Made by a program: the position numbers and the translations under genes
Part shown: one piece after another, positions 39,400-54,316 of the stretch
Layout of the letters: each line of letters opens with the position of its first letter
Position numbering within the stretch: position 1 is the first letter of the stretch
Notes under the pieces: model-generated
Seen by the model: only the letters and a program-made list of their open reading frames with translations
Database searches by the model: none
Told to the model about the DNA's origin: nothing
Source: the human T2T-CHM13v2.0 reference genome, Homo sapiens
DNA length: 64,000 nt
Assembly (NCBI RefSeq): GCF_009914755.1
Contig: NC_060935.1
Reading direction: 5' to 3' (one strand)

Positions 39400-42120
39400 G
39401 TATGTTATATTTCTATGCAATAGAGTTAAAGGAAATGTGCATAGGCTAAAAGAAAATGGTTGCAGACAATGAGATCAATCACTAAATACATTTCTATGTT
39501 TACTTACTTATTTTCTTCTCTTAAGAATCCTTCCATTGTATTCTGAGAGGATTAGGAAAATATTTCATCTCTGTTATTTTTCTTAGATTGCTATTTCTTG
39601 TTTTAAAAAGCAACCACATTGCTGACAGGAACTTTGTCATTTAGTAAATCTATGTCCTTCATTATGAAAAAATATTAAATTAGCTCTTGATTAAAAGCTG
39701 ATGAAGAGGAAAGAGTTAGGCAGCAGTCACCTCCCTTTGCTATTGCCTTTTGGTCATTTTCCTAATTCTGCCTCTTCAAGATTGAATGGGGGTGGAAAGC
39801 TGAAAGGGGGGGTGGAAAGCTGAAAGGGGGTGGTGGTGCTAAAGTGACTATTCAATTCCGTAATGAAATATCAGCAGTTAGCTGCTGTAGCAGCATATCT
39901 CAGTCCTCCAGAATTAAAGGCAATTAAGCCTCCACATTGAAATAAAATATGTAATCCTAAGTCTAAAACAGTCTTGATATTCACTTTGTAACTATTTCAA
40001 AATATCCCTACAGTCTTTCTTTCTAAGAGGCACTTTTTAATGATGAGGAAAGGAAAAATAAAGGAAAGCTGGATCCCAACTGATATTGTCACTGATTAAT
40101 ATCATCTTTGGACATTGCCATGAGAATCTGAAATATTAATGAAGTCATGTGGTAGAACAGTATCTGGCTGCTTCTAAATTTGCCCTAATTCATTCCCATT
40201 TTGAAATGTTCTCATCAGAACAAATTATTATGCTTGTAGAAGGTTATTAAATGTCACTTATCATAGGGACTCTTTTTGTGGTTCAAAAGCCATGGATGGG
40301 TTTTTGGATCCATGAATGCCCTAAATTGCAAGTCATATAGGTATTCGTGAACATTTTTTTTTTCTTAGGGAGATTTTTTAAAAATCAGATTTTAATTTAT
40401 ACTCTTCATTACATTTTCAAAGGAGTGCATAATTCAACAAAGTTTAAAAGCACTTGTTTTATAGGATGTATTGTACAAGTTGGTATGGCTATCCAATTAA
40501 ATACTATGTTTTGTGTCTTTGTCCATTACTTAAGTGAAGATATGTGACCTTAAAGTAAGAATACAAATTTAAACAAGGCACTCATAAACAACCAATATCA
40601 TTATTTCAAGTTATATCTCATTTGATATTTATCATTGAATGATACAAAAAGTAAACAGATAATCTGAAAATACCATATCATAGTACTTTCTTACTTGCTG
40701 TGTGTAACAATAATTTGGTCTGGAGTCACACATTCAGTTTTCGCATTTTAAAGATTAAAGAGATAAGATCAGTATAGTGGGGTAAGTTAAAAAAGATAAT
40801 ACATATAAAGTAATTAGCAGCGTATCTGGCACTTTAGGTGAATTCTGTTAGTGGTAATGATAATTATTATAAAATTACAATATCTCTCATTTTTTGAAAG
40901 CTTATTTTGTGCCATCCACTCTACTTGTTGATTTATATATTACCTCCTTTAACTTTTCTATATTCCCATAAAAATGAATTATTATCTCATTTTATAGTGG
41001 AGATTTAGAGAGATTCAGTTACTGATTGGATCATATAGCGAATAAATGACAGTCAGGATTTGAATCTGGGAGTTATATTCTGTAAACACTATATTATTCT
41101 GAATTTTTAAGCACTATCTGAACCTAAATCATGTTTACTGCAATGTTCAGTAGTTAAAAGGAACACAGCTCATCAGAAGCTATGTATGGTGTTAGGAAAC
41201 CCTTCTTGGAGATTGAACAGGCCAAAGAAAAAGTGTTGTAGGGATCAGGAGCATTTAGATTGTTACCCAAGGGACAAACAGAACAGTGTGAGGGAAAAAT
41301 GAAATGGCCAACTGCTGGGAAATTAGAATAAATCACTTGAGATTCTTGCTATTATTAATGCTTACAGATTTATATCGCACAAAAAGGACATGTTTTAATG
41401 GTAAGAGTATTAAATAAAGAAGAGGATGAAAAAGGATTTACAGCTTAGGGCCTTGGAATTTATAACTTTTGTCTGCCCAAAGAAGGATCAATAGGCAATA
41501 CTATGTGCTGAAAATAATATGGTATACAGTCACGTAAAGTGTTGTTACCACATGAAGTACAGAGGCCCACTTTTTATGTAATGTAGCCACTCATGCTAAA
41601 ATATTCTAGGTTTTATTTAATTGTCTGTTTGCCAGATCTGGAAGTGCTAACAGGAGAGGGAAAAGAGCAATTCTTTTCTCTGGAAATGCAACCACTTTTA
41701 TATATTCTAGGCAGGCAATAAAGAAAAGAATTTGCCCCCAGAATAATTCTTTGAGGACAGGAATTTTGTTTTCTTCATTATATTTCTCTCACTTAACCAG
41801 AGTGCCTAGAATGCTAACTGCTAAGTATTGTCGGATGAATGAATACCTTCCAAACTACACCATTCTAATAATTATTTATGGCTTATTGTATATCAGTGCT
41901 ATTTCATAGAGACAAGGAGATAAAACCACAGGACTGGCCTTTAAGAAGTTTGAAGCTTAATGGCAAAAGAGAAGAAAAGATGGCTAACGTCAGTTGGAGA
42001 AACATAAGCTTGAATTCTTCTTTCTAATAGAATATGTTTGTCTTGAGATGATTGCAGTTTTATTGCAGCACATCACTGTTAAATGGAAGTGACTTTCTCC
42101 TTCTGAACTGTTGCTTGCAG

Positions 42121-42263
42121 GAAGCTTTGGAATGGTCTGGTACATGTTTTGGCTTTTGGTGTCTTATGAAAGTCCTGCAAAGCATCCTACTATTACAGAT
42201 GAAGAACGTAGGTACATAGAAGAAAGCATTGGAGAGAGTGCAAATCTTTTAGGTGCAATGGAA
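42121..42263 (+). CDS. SLC17A6: VGLUT2 exon 7 (GSFGMVWY...ESPAKHPTI...GAME)
   Basis: ttgcag| acceptor, GAA|gtaaga donor. Confidence 0.97.
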
Positions 42264-42638
42264 GTAAGAAATTTATTATGGTGTATATTCCTATCTTATT
42301 CCCATCTCGCCCCCATTGACCAACCAAACTATCTTACAAGTTCTTCCTCAGCAAAACTAATTTGGTATCAATCATAACTTCTTTTATTTTGGTCCATCCA
42401 TATTCTCTGACTTAGGAATAATAGCTATTTCCTCCATCTGTCATTTATTTTTTTCCTTTATCCTTTCTTAAGCATTTAAAAATGTACACTGGGTGATAAC
42501 TATGACTGCAAACCTAAACAATATTTTTAAACAGTTCAATATGGTCTATATTTAAACAAATACAATAAATAGTTGTTCATTTTACGTTAAAAAAATCCAA
42601 ATCAGCCATGAAAATGGCAATTTTTGGTTTGTTGAATA

Positions 42639-42930
42639 CAGTAGTCCCCCCGCATCCTGAACAGATCTATTCCAAGACCCCCCGGGTTGCTACCGAACCC
42701 TACATATAATGTTTTTCCTATACATACATACCTATGATAAAATTTAATGTATAAATTGGGTATAGTAAGTGATTGACCACAGTGACTAATGCTAAAATAG
42801 AATTATAACAATATACTGTAAGGAAACTTAAGTGAATGTGCCCCCCCCACCCTGTAAAATATCTTATTGTACTGTACAACTAGTAACTGAAACCTCAGAA
42901 AGTGAAACCGCGGTTAAGGGAGGACTACTA
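42639..42930 (-). mobile_element. MER44A-like (TcMar-Tigger) non-autonomous element
   Basis: TIRs cagtagtcccccc ... gggaggactacta, flanked by TA dinucleotides. Confidence 0.82.
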
Positions 42931-43247
42931 TATTCTAAATGTAAGTTTAATACATGTGTATTTATGTCATATGTAGTTTAGGAGATACTGAAGCATTAGA
43001 ATGCCAATAATAGACAGCTGATATAAAAGAATTATAACATAATTTAATTATTTTATTGATAAAATATCATTATCTTTCAGGATTATTACTATGAATATCA
43101 AGCATTATAAAGACAATGTTGTGAAGCCCTTTTTTCTGATGATTTGATTTCTTCTGATTTACCTAAAAAAGAGAGAAAACATAGTTCTATTTCAATAATG
43201 CAAATGTTTTATTCCACATAACACTGATACATTGTACATAGTAATTA

Positions 43248-43647
<400 letters not shown>

Positions 43648-46613
43648 TTAGGCGATCTGATCAATGATAGTTTCCTTATGCTAAGAGCTGAAAGGTGTCA
43701 TACACTAGTTGAAGAAACAATGCCCCTTACATATTATGCATTTGTTCTTTTAAAACAAACACCTCCTGCTCCCTAGTCTAGGTGTGTTTGATTCTAGCTC
43801 AGATTCTCTACTTCATTTGTAAGAGAATGCCTGTCTTTGACATCTCATCATAGGTTAAAAAAAAAAAAAGTCTATCACCCATTATTGTTGAGCCAAATTG
43901 GCCCTTAATGAATAAGAAAAATCCCATATCATATATAATTCAGAAGTTAAACTTCAATGGTTTAAACAAATCTTTACTGTGTAGTTGTTCCATGAGTTAG
44001 CTTGGCATTAGAACTTTCCTCTTTGTGTTTCCTTCTATAAATAGACTAATAATTTCTTATGGTGGCTACTCAGAAGCAAGAGGTGATATGGGAGTGGGTG
44101 GAAGATTGGTAGTATGCACTGGTGCCCACTAGCTGCAGTTATTTTGAGCAGAAGTTCTGAGTTTAGCCTCAATTTCTAGCCCCAAATTAATGTGATCAGC
44201 CTATATCCTATTAATTCATTATGTTCTTTTATTTGCCAGTTCTTGAGAGGTCATATGTCTAGATTAGAAATAAATTTTAAAAATAATCAGAAATTCTGCC
44301 TAAGTAAAAACTAATTCCTACAAATGACCCCAGAAAGAACAGCAGGAGAATGAAAAAACAGCATAATCTTCAGCTCCCCACTTCCTATACCTCACTGCTT
44401 TTCTAAAGACAATATTTTACTTCTTACTGATGTTTCATATGTTCCTGTAGCTTCAAAGTAAATTTTAAAATGAGATTATGTGGGAATAGAACTTGCATTT
44501 TAGTTAATTTGAACTTTTTTTATTGTGAGTGAATTTAATATACAGCAAAGGAGAAAGAGTACTGACAGGAATATCATATACTCATCACATAGGTGTAACA
44601 ATTATCGTCTTGTCATATTTATTTCACTTTTGTTTTGATGAACTATTTCAAAGTAAATAAAACATCAAAATACTTTATCCATAAATACTTCATATGCATA
44701 TCTAGAAAAATGATATTCTCCCTCACTATCTCAGTACTACTATCACACTTAACATAATTAAAAACAATTCTGTATCATCATTTAACTCCTTCATCATATT
44801 CAAATTTCTAATACCATCTATATTCTAATATCTAACCTATATTCAAATTTATTTTTAGCTGTTTGTTTTGAATCTGAATTTGATCAAGAATCACACATTG
44901 CAACTTATTGCAAAGTCTTTTAAATCTGTTTTTCTTTAAAATATATTTAAATATAGCATATGTACAGAAAAAAACACTAATAGTAAACAATCAGCTTGCT
45001 TAATTTTTATAAACTAAACATAAACAGGGAGTTCAATAAATAGAACATTATCAGAATACCATAATCTTCCCTTTAATCCGCCAACAATTTTTTAAGGTAT
45101 AAGGTGAGATATTTTTCTATTGCTTTTGATGAAGTACTTTACCATGTAAAGAATAAAGTTCTTAGGAAAGATGATCCTGGTATGAATGAAAGGATCTTTG
45201 CCCAACAGGGAAAAGTTCTTTTACTTTTAATAGTATTCTGGAGTCATTTCTTATGCTAACATAATACTATAATGCAGACATTTCTGTCTTCTGACATTTT
45301 TATTATCTTTGAAATAAGTGTACTCATCTGGAATTATTTTCCCAGAACATATTGATTTCTTTTTAAAAACTGTACTTTTGGAACCCATTTATGACACTGC
45401 CACTAAAATTTTTTATCCAAAGCCACAGAATTCATTACATAGTATTAGGACAGATTTTTGTTTTTGTTTGTTTCTTTTTTTGTCTTGCATATATCTATGA
45501 TCACCACATCATAACTTCCTACTGTGTTGCATTTAAAGTGATCTTTAAAAGGCTTAATTACAGCCACAACCAATACTAGCAATTATGAGGTTTTCCATTC
45601 AGGAATAATTGTTAAATCCACGTGAAAGGTGTTTGCTTCCTCTTTCAGTAATTTAGTTAGGTCAAGGATCCCAAGTTAACTTTTAACAAAGTTATTTTAG
45701 GCTACTGTTTCCTCACCAAGCAGTATTTTGGTGTTCAGAATAAAGTAATTGAGAAATAATTAGGGAATATGAGAGATATTTTAATGGCTAAAAATATTAG
45801 TCTTGGGGGAGAATATGTACTTGCTTACATTTTGGCATACACTGAAACTTTAAGTACAATTAGGTTTAATTTTTTAAAGGGGTCATATGCAAAGCTGATC
45901 ATATTTAGGTTGTTAATGTTGAATGCTTTGAATATTTTAAGTAACTAATTATGTGCCAAAGGTACGCTGGGGGTAGACAAATGCTTTCACCCAGCTGTTC
46001 TGAGTTTTATAGAACCTTGAACTCCAGTGTCACAGAATTTATAGTTATAGCTACTAGCTATCAAGATAATTTATGATTGATTGATAGTAGAATAATTGAC
46101 TTAGATTGATTGGTAGTAGAATAATTGACTTCAGGTAGGGTCTAGAATACTGTACTCTTAAGATTTTGTATCTTTCTTTTCATGAATACATTGGATTTTC
46201 AACGTTTTAAATGAAATGTTTTGGATATCACAAGCTCACTGATGTGGCAGTGAGTTTTTGCTGAGATATGGTCTATCACCATTAAAAAAATAAAACAAAT
46301 GGAAAAAAAAACCTTAAGAAACTAGGACCTATGCTTTTGGAATCAATTTTCTATAATTATGTAATCCTGCATATTCCTAAAGCTGGAACAATCTAATAAG
46401 TTGCAGTGATTGAGATCTTATTTTTTTTCTCTTCCAATGATTATTTATGTAGCTAAGGTTAACTGGGTGGTTATAATTAATGCTTCACTACATCTTCCTA
46501 CTTCCTACTTATGACCTGTCATATACATCCTGAAAATGCAAAGCACCTATTATTCCCACTTAAGTTTGAAAATATTTAAAATGGTCATAATGTCTCTCTT
46601 TTTGGAATTTCAG

Positions 46614-46763
46614 AAATTCAAGACTCCATGGAGGAAGTTTTTTACATCCATGCCAGTCTATGCAATAATTGTTGCAAACTTCTGCAGAAGCTGGACTTTT
46701 TATTTATTGCTTATTAGTCAGCCAGCATATTTTGAGGAAGTCTTTGGATTTGAAATTAGCAAG
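46614..46763 (+). CDS. SLC17A6: VGLUT2 exon 8 ([10 protein letters not shown]...FEISK)
   Basis: tttcag| acceptor, AAG|gtatgt donor. Confidence 0.97.
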
Positions 46764-49700
46764 GTATGTAAAATGTATTCTTATATAAATTGTGGATTAC
46801 CTGTGTATTTAAGTGAATACTAAATTCATTTGCAAAAATTTTTATCTTCTAATTTTCAGAGATTATTCATTTATTCATTAAACAAATAACTGCTAGGAAA
46901 TAGAAGCAAAGTAAAATGTTTCATTGTCTACTGTATTCTGTTGTCTGCTAGAATTGCTCTCTGGTACTGAGAATACAGGCAAAACAAACCTAGTTTCTGC
47001 CTTCATGGAACTTAGAGCCCAGTTGGAGCGAGCAGCGGTGTAATCTTTTCCCTGTAAATAAACATAACTCCCTTTAAGTCTCAGCTCACAGACAATGTAA
47101 CAAACAAAAAAAGTATTCCATTCAAATAGAATTCTACTTACAAATTTCCAATCTAATTATTCTTCAATGCTCTTAGAACTCTTGTCCAGCTACAAGATAT
47201 GAGGATTGTAAAAAGAAAATCTGAAAACACTCTTATATTTTGTCCATCCAATCTATTAATTTAACAAGTATTTGTTGAACACAATGTGCAGAACTTTATG
47301 TGAGATGCAGAAATAAAAACATGGTTTCTGTCCTCAAAATGCTCACAGCTTGGTGGTGTAAACGTGAAAGTAAGTTACCAATTAGAATACAGCATGCTAA
47401 CTTCCACAGACATTTGTTCAGAGCTATGGGAATATAATCATTTTGAGATTTTCTATGAGGATAAAATGAACACAAAAATACTACTCTATATTTATATAGG
47501 AACTCGAAATTTAGAAACTACTCTCATATTCATGAACAACCTTTGTTGTTTGACCTGTTGAACAACAATCGTCATTTCTATTGAAATGATGGGGAAACAG
47601 AAACTAGAGAAAGCATTTAAATTGCTTAAAGCCACGCTAGTAATGCACGACAAAATCAAGTTTAGACAAAGATTCTTTGATTTCTGTTTAATTATCTTTA
47701 CTATGCCATTCAAATTCAGGTAAATCATATATCCATTCAAGTATTTAGTGAGTATCTGCTCAATGCCATCTCTGTGCCAAGCCCTTTGCTAAGTCCTGAA
47801 TACATTGTCTGTGCTGGCAATGGTCTTGCTATCTCTCTTCATGTCATTACATAAGTCCAGCTGGGCTCGCTATTCATATTCTATCTCTACTTGAAAGACT
47901 ATCTGAGACCTGGGACTGAAGAAAACCTCAGTTTAGGAGTAGCTATTCTAAGAGCTCTTTTGTAATTCCTGTTTCTAAGGAAACTGTTTCCTCCATCCCC
48001 GAGAAGAATGGCTGCTTTAGACAGAGCTCTTCTCTCTAGAGCTGATCAAACATTCCAGGGTAGCCTTTGGGAACTCTGAGAGGTGTTATACTTCTCAACA
48101 AAGGCTGCTGGAGGTGTGCGTCCATTTTCATAATCTAGGACAAATATGATACTGACAGGCTATTAATAAAGCCAGTTCTCGGGGGGAGAGTGAGGAAGCC
48201 AACTGATGTTAATGAAACTGTGTGGTCATTTTGGTCCTGTAGCTCCAATTAATTGAGAATGCTTGAGTAAAAGCAATGGTATTTTGCAAAAAGTAATTAT
48301 AAATCAACCAGCAGATGGGTTGATTTATTTCATTCATTAGTTATATTTTTAAATAAAATTGTGGATAAATTCACACACACAGATTGGTCTTCAGATACTA
48401 ATTAGATTAGTTTAAAAAATTCTGACTTAGCTGAAAAAATTGTATAGGAGATGATGGAGAACATAGGGAATTTGCTTTGGGTCTAGACTGACATGGCTTC
48501 AAATCTAAGTTCTACAACAAAGTATTGGTATATAATCTTGGGCAGCGTTTTGAATAATTATCAGCTTCAATTTTCTTATCTCTAAATAATGGTATTAACT
48601 TAATACCATTAAATGATAATGATATTATTTAAGAAGTGCAGCCAAATTTAGGTGAAGTAAGTAAAATATTTACATGGAGGGTCATTCTCTGCAACTTTAG
48701 TTAAATTGGGTATCCTACAGAAAAAAATATGAGTGCAATGGCTTAACCTTCATTCTAAGTATACTGACTTAGTTCAGACAGCACTGTATATATAAATAAA
48801 ATTGTAACATAGATTTTATATCAGTTAGCTATATGTTAATTGTATTAGTTAACTGAGATATACATATATATATCATTATATATTGGCATAGGCTAATACA
48901 ATATATATCAGGTAAATACTTTTTTCATTTTTTAAAACAAGTATATATATATATACACACATACACATATATATATATAATTTAATATATTATATCAGCC
49001 TATGCTTATATGTAACATATTCAGGCCCTTCAAAATGGCATATCAGCGGGTCAGTGCTAGGATTAACCAGCACTTTCAAAGGTCAGATTATAGGGGCAAG
49101 CCAAATGAGAATAGACATCCATTCCTTTTGAGCTTCCTATTTAGGGGAGGAGAAGAACAGTGTTGGCTGGTTGTGCTTTGCTGCTATTTCTGAACAAGAC
49201 GTGGATCAGATAGGAAGACATACGATCTAGACTATGACCCAGAAAAGCTAAAAGAAGGATGAGGCAAAAATCTAAATACCTGGAGTTTCTATGAAGAATA
49301 AATCAATTATAAGCTCAAAAACATTTATCCTAGCCTTGCAAAACCTTAAAATAATAAGCACACTTGTATGTGATTGACATGAATGATCTTTAGGAAGGTT
49401 TTGATCATTTTGATCATGTGTCAAGTGATTACTCATGATAAGTCCCCAAAAGCCAAGAAGACCACTGAATAGCTCAAAAACTTGAAACCTCTTTGGCTCT
49501 TTTGAGGTCAAATACAGAGTATATCCACATATTAAGAAAATAGGAGAGTCAATACCCTTAAATGTTAAATCAATATGCTAAAATAGTCTAAAACTTATCT
49601 CATTAACCCTGTAGATTTTTAGCACCTTGCATTTTCCATAGTGCTTTGCACACCCTTTGCTGAAAGTGTGAAAAAATAACCATAGCTTTGTTCCTTTCTT

Positions 49701-51330
49701 ATCCAAAGTAGTCAAAATGATTGTTCAAATAGATAGTAAATAACAGAGGATTTTCAATTAAAAAACTTTTCAGATGTATTAAATACTGGGTCAGAATGAA
49801 AGTCGTTTATGTGGACTTAGGCAATGTGGTTACTCCCAAACTTTTAGCCTGCCTTTATAAATGCCAAAAATATGCCATGTAATTCTATACAAATCCTAAC
49901 ATAGTGTCTTTCAGAATGTTTTTGTTGTTGTTCAAAGGTTTCTTTCTACACATTGACTGCTTGAAATATATTTACTCCATATTAAGAATAAAAAGCCTTG
50001 TACTTTTCTCAGGATGCTAGTCTCAAAAGCAATAATGATTTTTTTTTTTAATGTCAGTTTACCTGACATCTTTATTTAGGTACCTGTTGAGCCCCTGCTA
50101 CATACCAAGTTTTGTACTAGACTAAGCACATTAATATATATTGTCTGATTTTATTTGATTTTTCCTTCTCATGGCAGTGGTGCTCAGCATAAAGGCTAAG
50201 AGCCCAGTCTTTCGACTCACGTAGAACTGATTCAAAACTTGGCTCTCACAATCACTTAAGTCTTCTGACTCTAAATTTTTTTTATTTAATAAGAACACTA
50301 TTAAAATCATCCATCTGGGATGGAAGAGATCATTCTATAGCCTGAACAGTTAACCTACTGTGGAGTCATTTACTGTCTCAATTAATTATTACAACTCAAA
50401 TCCATGATTGTGATACCTTACTATACACCAGTGTAAAATAAAATGGAATCTTTGTCTCAAACCTTCGATAATCTAATTGGAAAGACATACTTAAACACAA
50501 ATTATGAATGCCATCTGCCAACAATTGTTCTTCAAAGTATACTTAGTAAAAAACTTCCTTATGTGTTTACATTCAAAGTTTATTAAGTCCACGTATGCGG
50601 TAATACATAATTCAAATGCATTTTATGTATACTTACTGTCCCCATAATGCTTACAACACAGTGCTTTGTGTGTAAGTAATGGTAAAAATATGTGTTTAAC
50701 TGATCTTGGTGCGTAAAGTTTTAAATTAGGCTATTTAGCATGAAATTAATTCAGAAACTATATGCCACCATACAAAAATGTGATCAAGTATTGATATTTG
50801 ACACAGAAAATACTTAAAATTGAAGAAATTATCTGCATTACCTGGGATCTTACTCTATAGAAATTATGTCTGTGCTATAAAACTCATGATATATATATTT
50901 AAAGTGCAAATATGCATTTTTCCCATATGAATTAAACATGAATTTAAAATACAGCTTCTTCAGGATGTGACAAATGTATTTTTCCTCTCTCTCTCTCTCA
51001 CCACTTTTCCTCTCTTTCACTAAGGGTGTATTCGTGCAAACACATTTAACAATATCAGAAGAGTTGATTCATACTCAAAATTTACTGATGCATTACGTGG
51101 CAAAAAAAAAAAAAATTACCTTCTAAAGGAATCCAAGTAAATTTAGCTTTTCTAATTTATTCTGTGGAAGGCATTACTTTTTCTAGGAATGAGTAAGTGA
51201 TCATTTGGAAAGATTATTTTTCCTTCCTTTGTCCATAAAGATGTGATGACAGATTCAGAAACAAAGGCCATTAAATTGCCCATATTATTTATGGTTATGT
51301 CTATTTCTCTCCCTTCTTGTTTTTCATCAG

Positions 51331-51463
51331 GTTGGTATGCTATCTGCTGTGCCACACTTAGTAATGACAATTATTGTGCCTATTGGGGGACAAATTGCAG
51401 ATTTTCTAAGAAGCAAGCAGATTCTTTCAACTACGACAGTGAGAAAGATCATGAATTGTGGTG
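51331..51463 (+). CDS. SLC17A6: VGLUT2 exon 9 ([10 protein letters not shown]...RKIMNCG)
   Basis: catcag| acceptor, G|gtaagt donor. Confidence 0.97.
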
Positions 51464-51666
51464 GTAAGTACATAAGTGGCACTAAGGACATGTTTTTAGT
51501 TCAATCAGTTTAACCTACATGAGAGAATAACTTTTTCTACACATATCAAATTACTTAGATGCAGTTACATTTGTGCCTTCATTATTCACTTAAAATAACT
51601 TCCTCATATTACATCAAATTTTTCATAACTCCTAGTTTTAAGTAACTGCTTAATAATGCCATTTGT

Positions 51667-52355
<689 letters not shown>

Positions 52356-52454
52356 TGGATGTTTTTATTAAACACAAGGAAAGCTTCATGAATCTCTAGG
52401 GTAAATTATTATGATTATTATGATTATTATTAGTTTTGAAGATAGACTCTCTGA

Positions 52455-52676
<222 letters not shown>

Positions 52677-53095
52677 TAATTTTTTTTCTTTGTACTTGGG
52701 ACATTCTGATTTTGACTGCTGATAAAAGACACATACATATACCTTTTTATAGATATCTTCATATATATCTTCTATATGTTGAATAATAGTCAAATATTTC
52801 CACTAGAAAATGAAAAAAATAAAATATTGAGAAAACATTTAGATTTGTTAATACTCAATTTCCTCCTGGACTGCCTTTTTTTGTTGTTGTTAAGAAAACA
52901 TTACCTCTTCTCTGTGGAGTGAACATCACATATTAAGTATTAGATAAGAATTCATACCTCATTCTATTCTCATTATATCCCCGAGAGAAATTATCACAAA
53001 GTAATTAAGCACGTGTTCTGTACCCAGTATATTTTAAGGAGTTGTGATGTGTGGTTCTATAGGTATTTACTTCTAAGACGTTTAGGATGCCCTGA

Positions 53096-53320
<225 letters not shown>

Positions 53321-53980
53321 TAAAATATTATCCTTAGCATTTTCTTTCTTGTCCAGTCACCACATCTCTGAGTGGGAAATATAAATGAGGCTCAGAATAC
53401 AGTATCTTTTTAAGAATTCCAAGAAAGTCCATTTCCCTAACCAATAACCAATATGTTTCTCAACCCTTTTTAATAATTCTAATACCCCTGATGTGATAAA
53501 AACCCCTTTTGTCTCTAGCTTATTAAAATACTCAAGCAGATGTCTTCTGAGCTTTGTTTGTAAACCTCAATTCAGACTCCTCTGCAGTTGTCCAAGGAAC
53601 AATATTATCATCAGCTATTTGTACTTATATGTGTATGCAGAGCTTTAAAATTCTGGTTTACTACAAGTAAAGAAACAAAGGAAATGGAATAAAAAGATAA
53701 GTAAATCAATGGAAAAAAAGAGATTATGAATATTTTAAAAATCAGCAGGCCATAGATATATTTGTAATTTTATTTCTAAACTTTTAGATTTAAAACATTA
53801 AATAATAAAAGTAATAGTATTACAGAAGTGTTATATAGTTTTTGCTTTACATAATCAGGGTATGGATTTTTCCCAAATATAGTGTTTTATGAAAACTCAG
53901 TGGTGGTGCATTCAGAGAAGATGTTAGGCGTTTAAATCATGGGGAGTCAGTTCTCACAGTGCTGCTTTTTCTCACTGCAG

Positions 53981-54316
53981 TCACGTGAAGAGTGGCAGTA
54001 TGTCTTCCTGATCGCTGCCCTAGTCCACTATGGTGGAGTTATATTTTATGCAATATTTGCCTCAGGAGAGAAACAACCCTGGGCAGACCCGGAGGAAACA
54101 AGTGAAGAAAAATGTGGATTTATTCATGAAGATGAACTCGATGAAGAAACAGGGGACATTACTCAAAATTATATAAATTATGGTACCACCAAGTCTTATG
54201 GTGCCACAACACAGGCCAATGGAGGTTGGCCTAGTGGTTGGGAAAAGAAAGAGGAATTTGTACAAGGAGAAGTACAAGACTCACATAGCTATAAGGACCG
54301 AGTTGATTATTCATAA
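53981..54316 (+). CDS. SLC17A6: VGLUT2 exon 12, coding part (SREEWQ...SEEKCGFI...RVDYS*)
   Basis: ctgcag| acceptor, TAA 54314-54316; contains acidic dileucine-like sorting motif SEEKCGFI. Confidence 0.97.
   Translation, partial: SREEWQYVFLIAALVHYGGVIFYAIFASGEKQPWADPEETSEEKCGFIHEDELDEETGDITQNYINYGTTKSYGATTQANGGWPSGWEKKEEFVQGEVQDSHSYKDRVDYS

Noticed and set aside
53957-53980. Possible in-frame alternative acceptor 21 nt upstream of exon 12 (would add CCFFSLQ)
   Set aside because: The upstream CAG has little polypyrimidine tract and is preceded by purine-rich sequence; nothing supports its use
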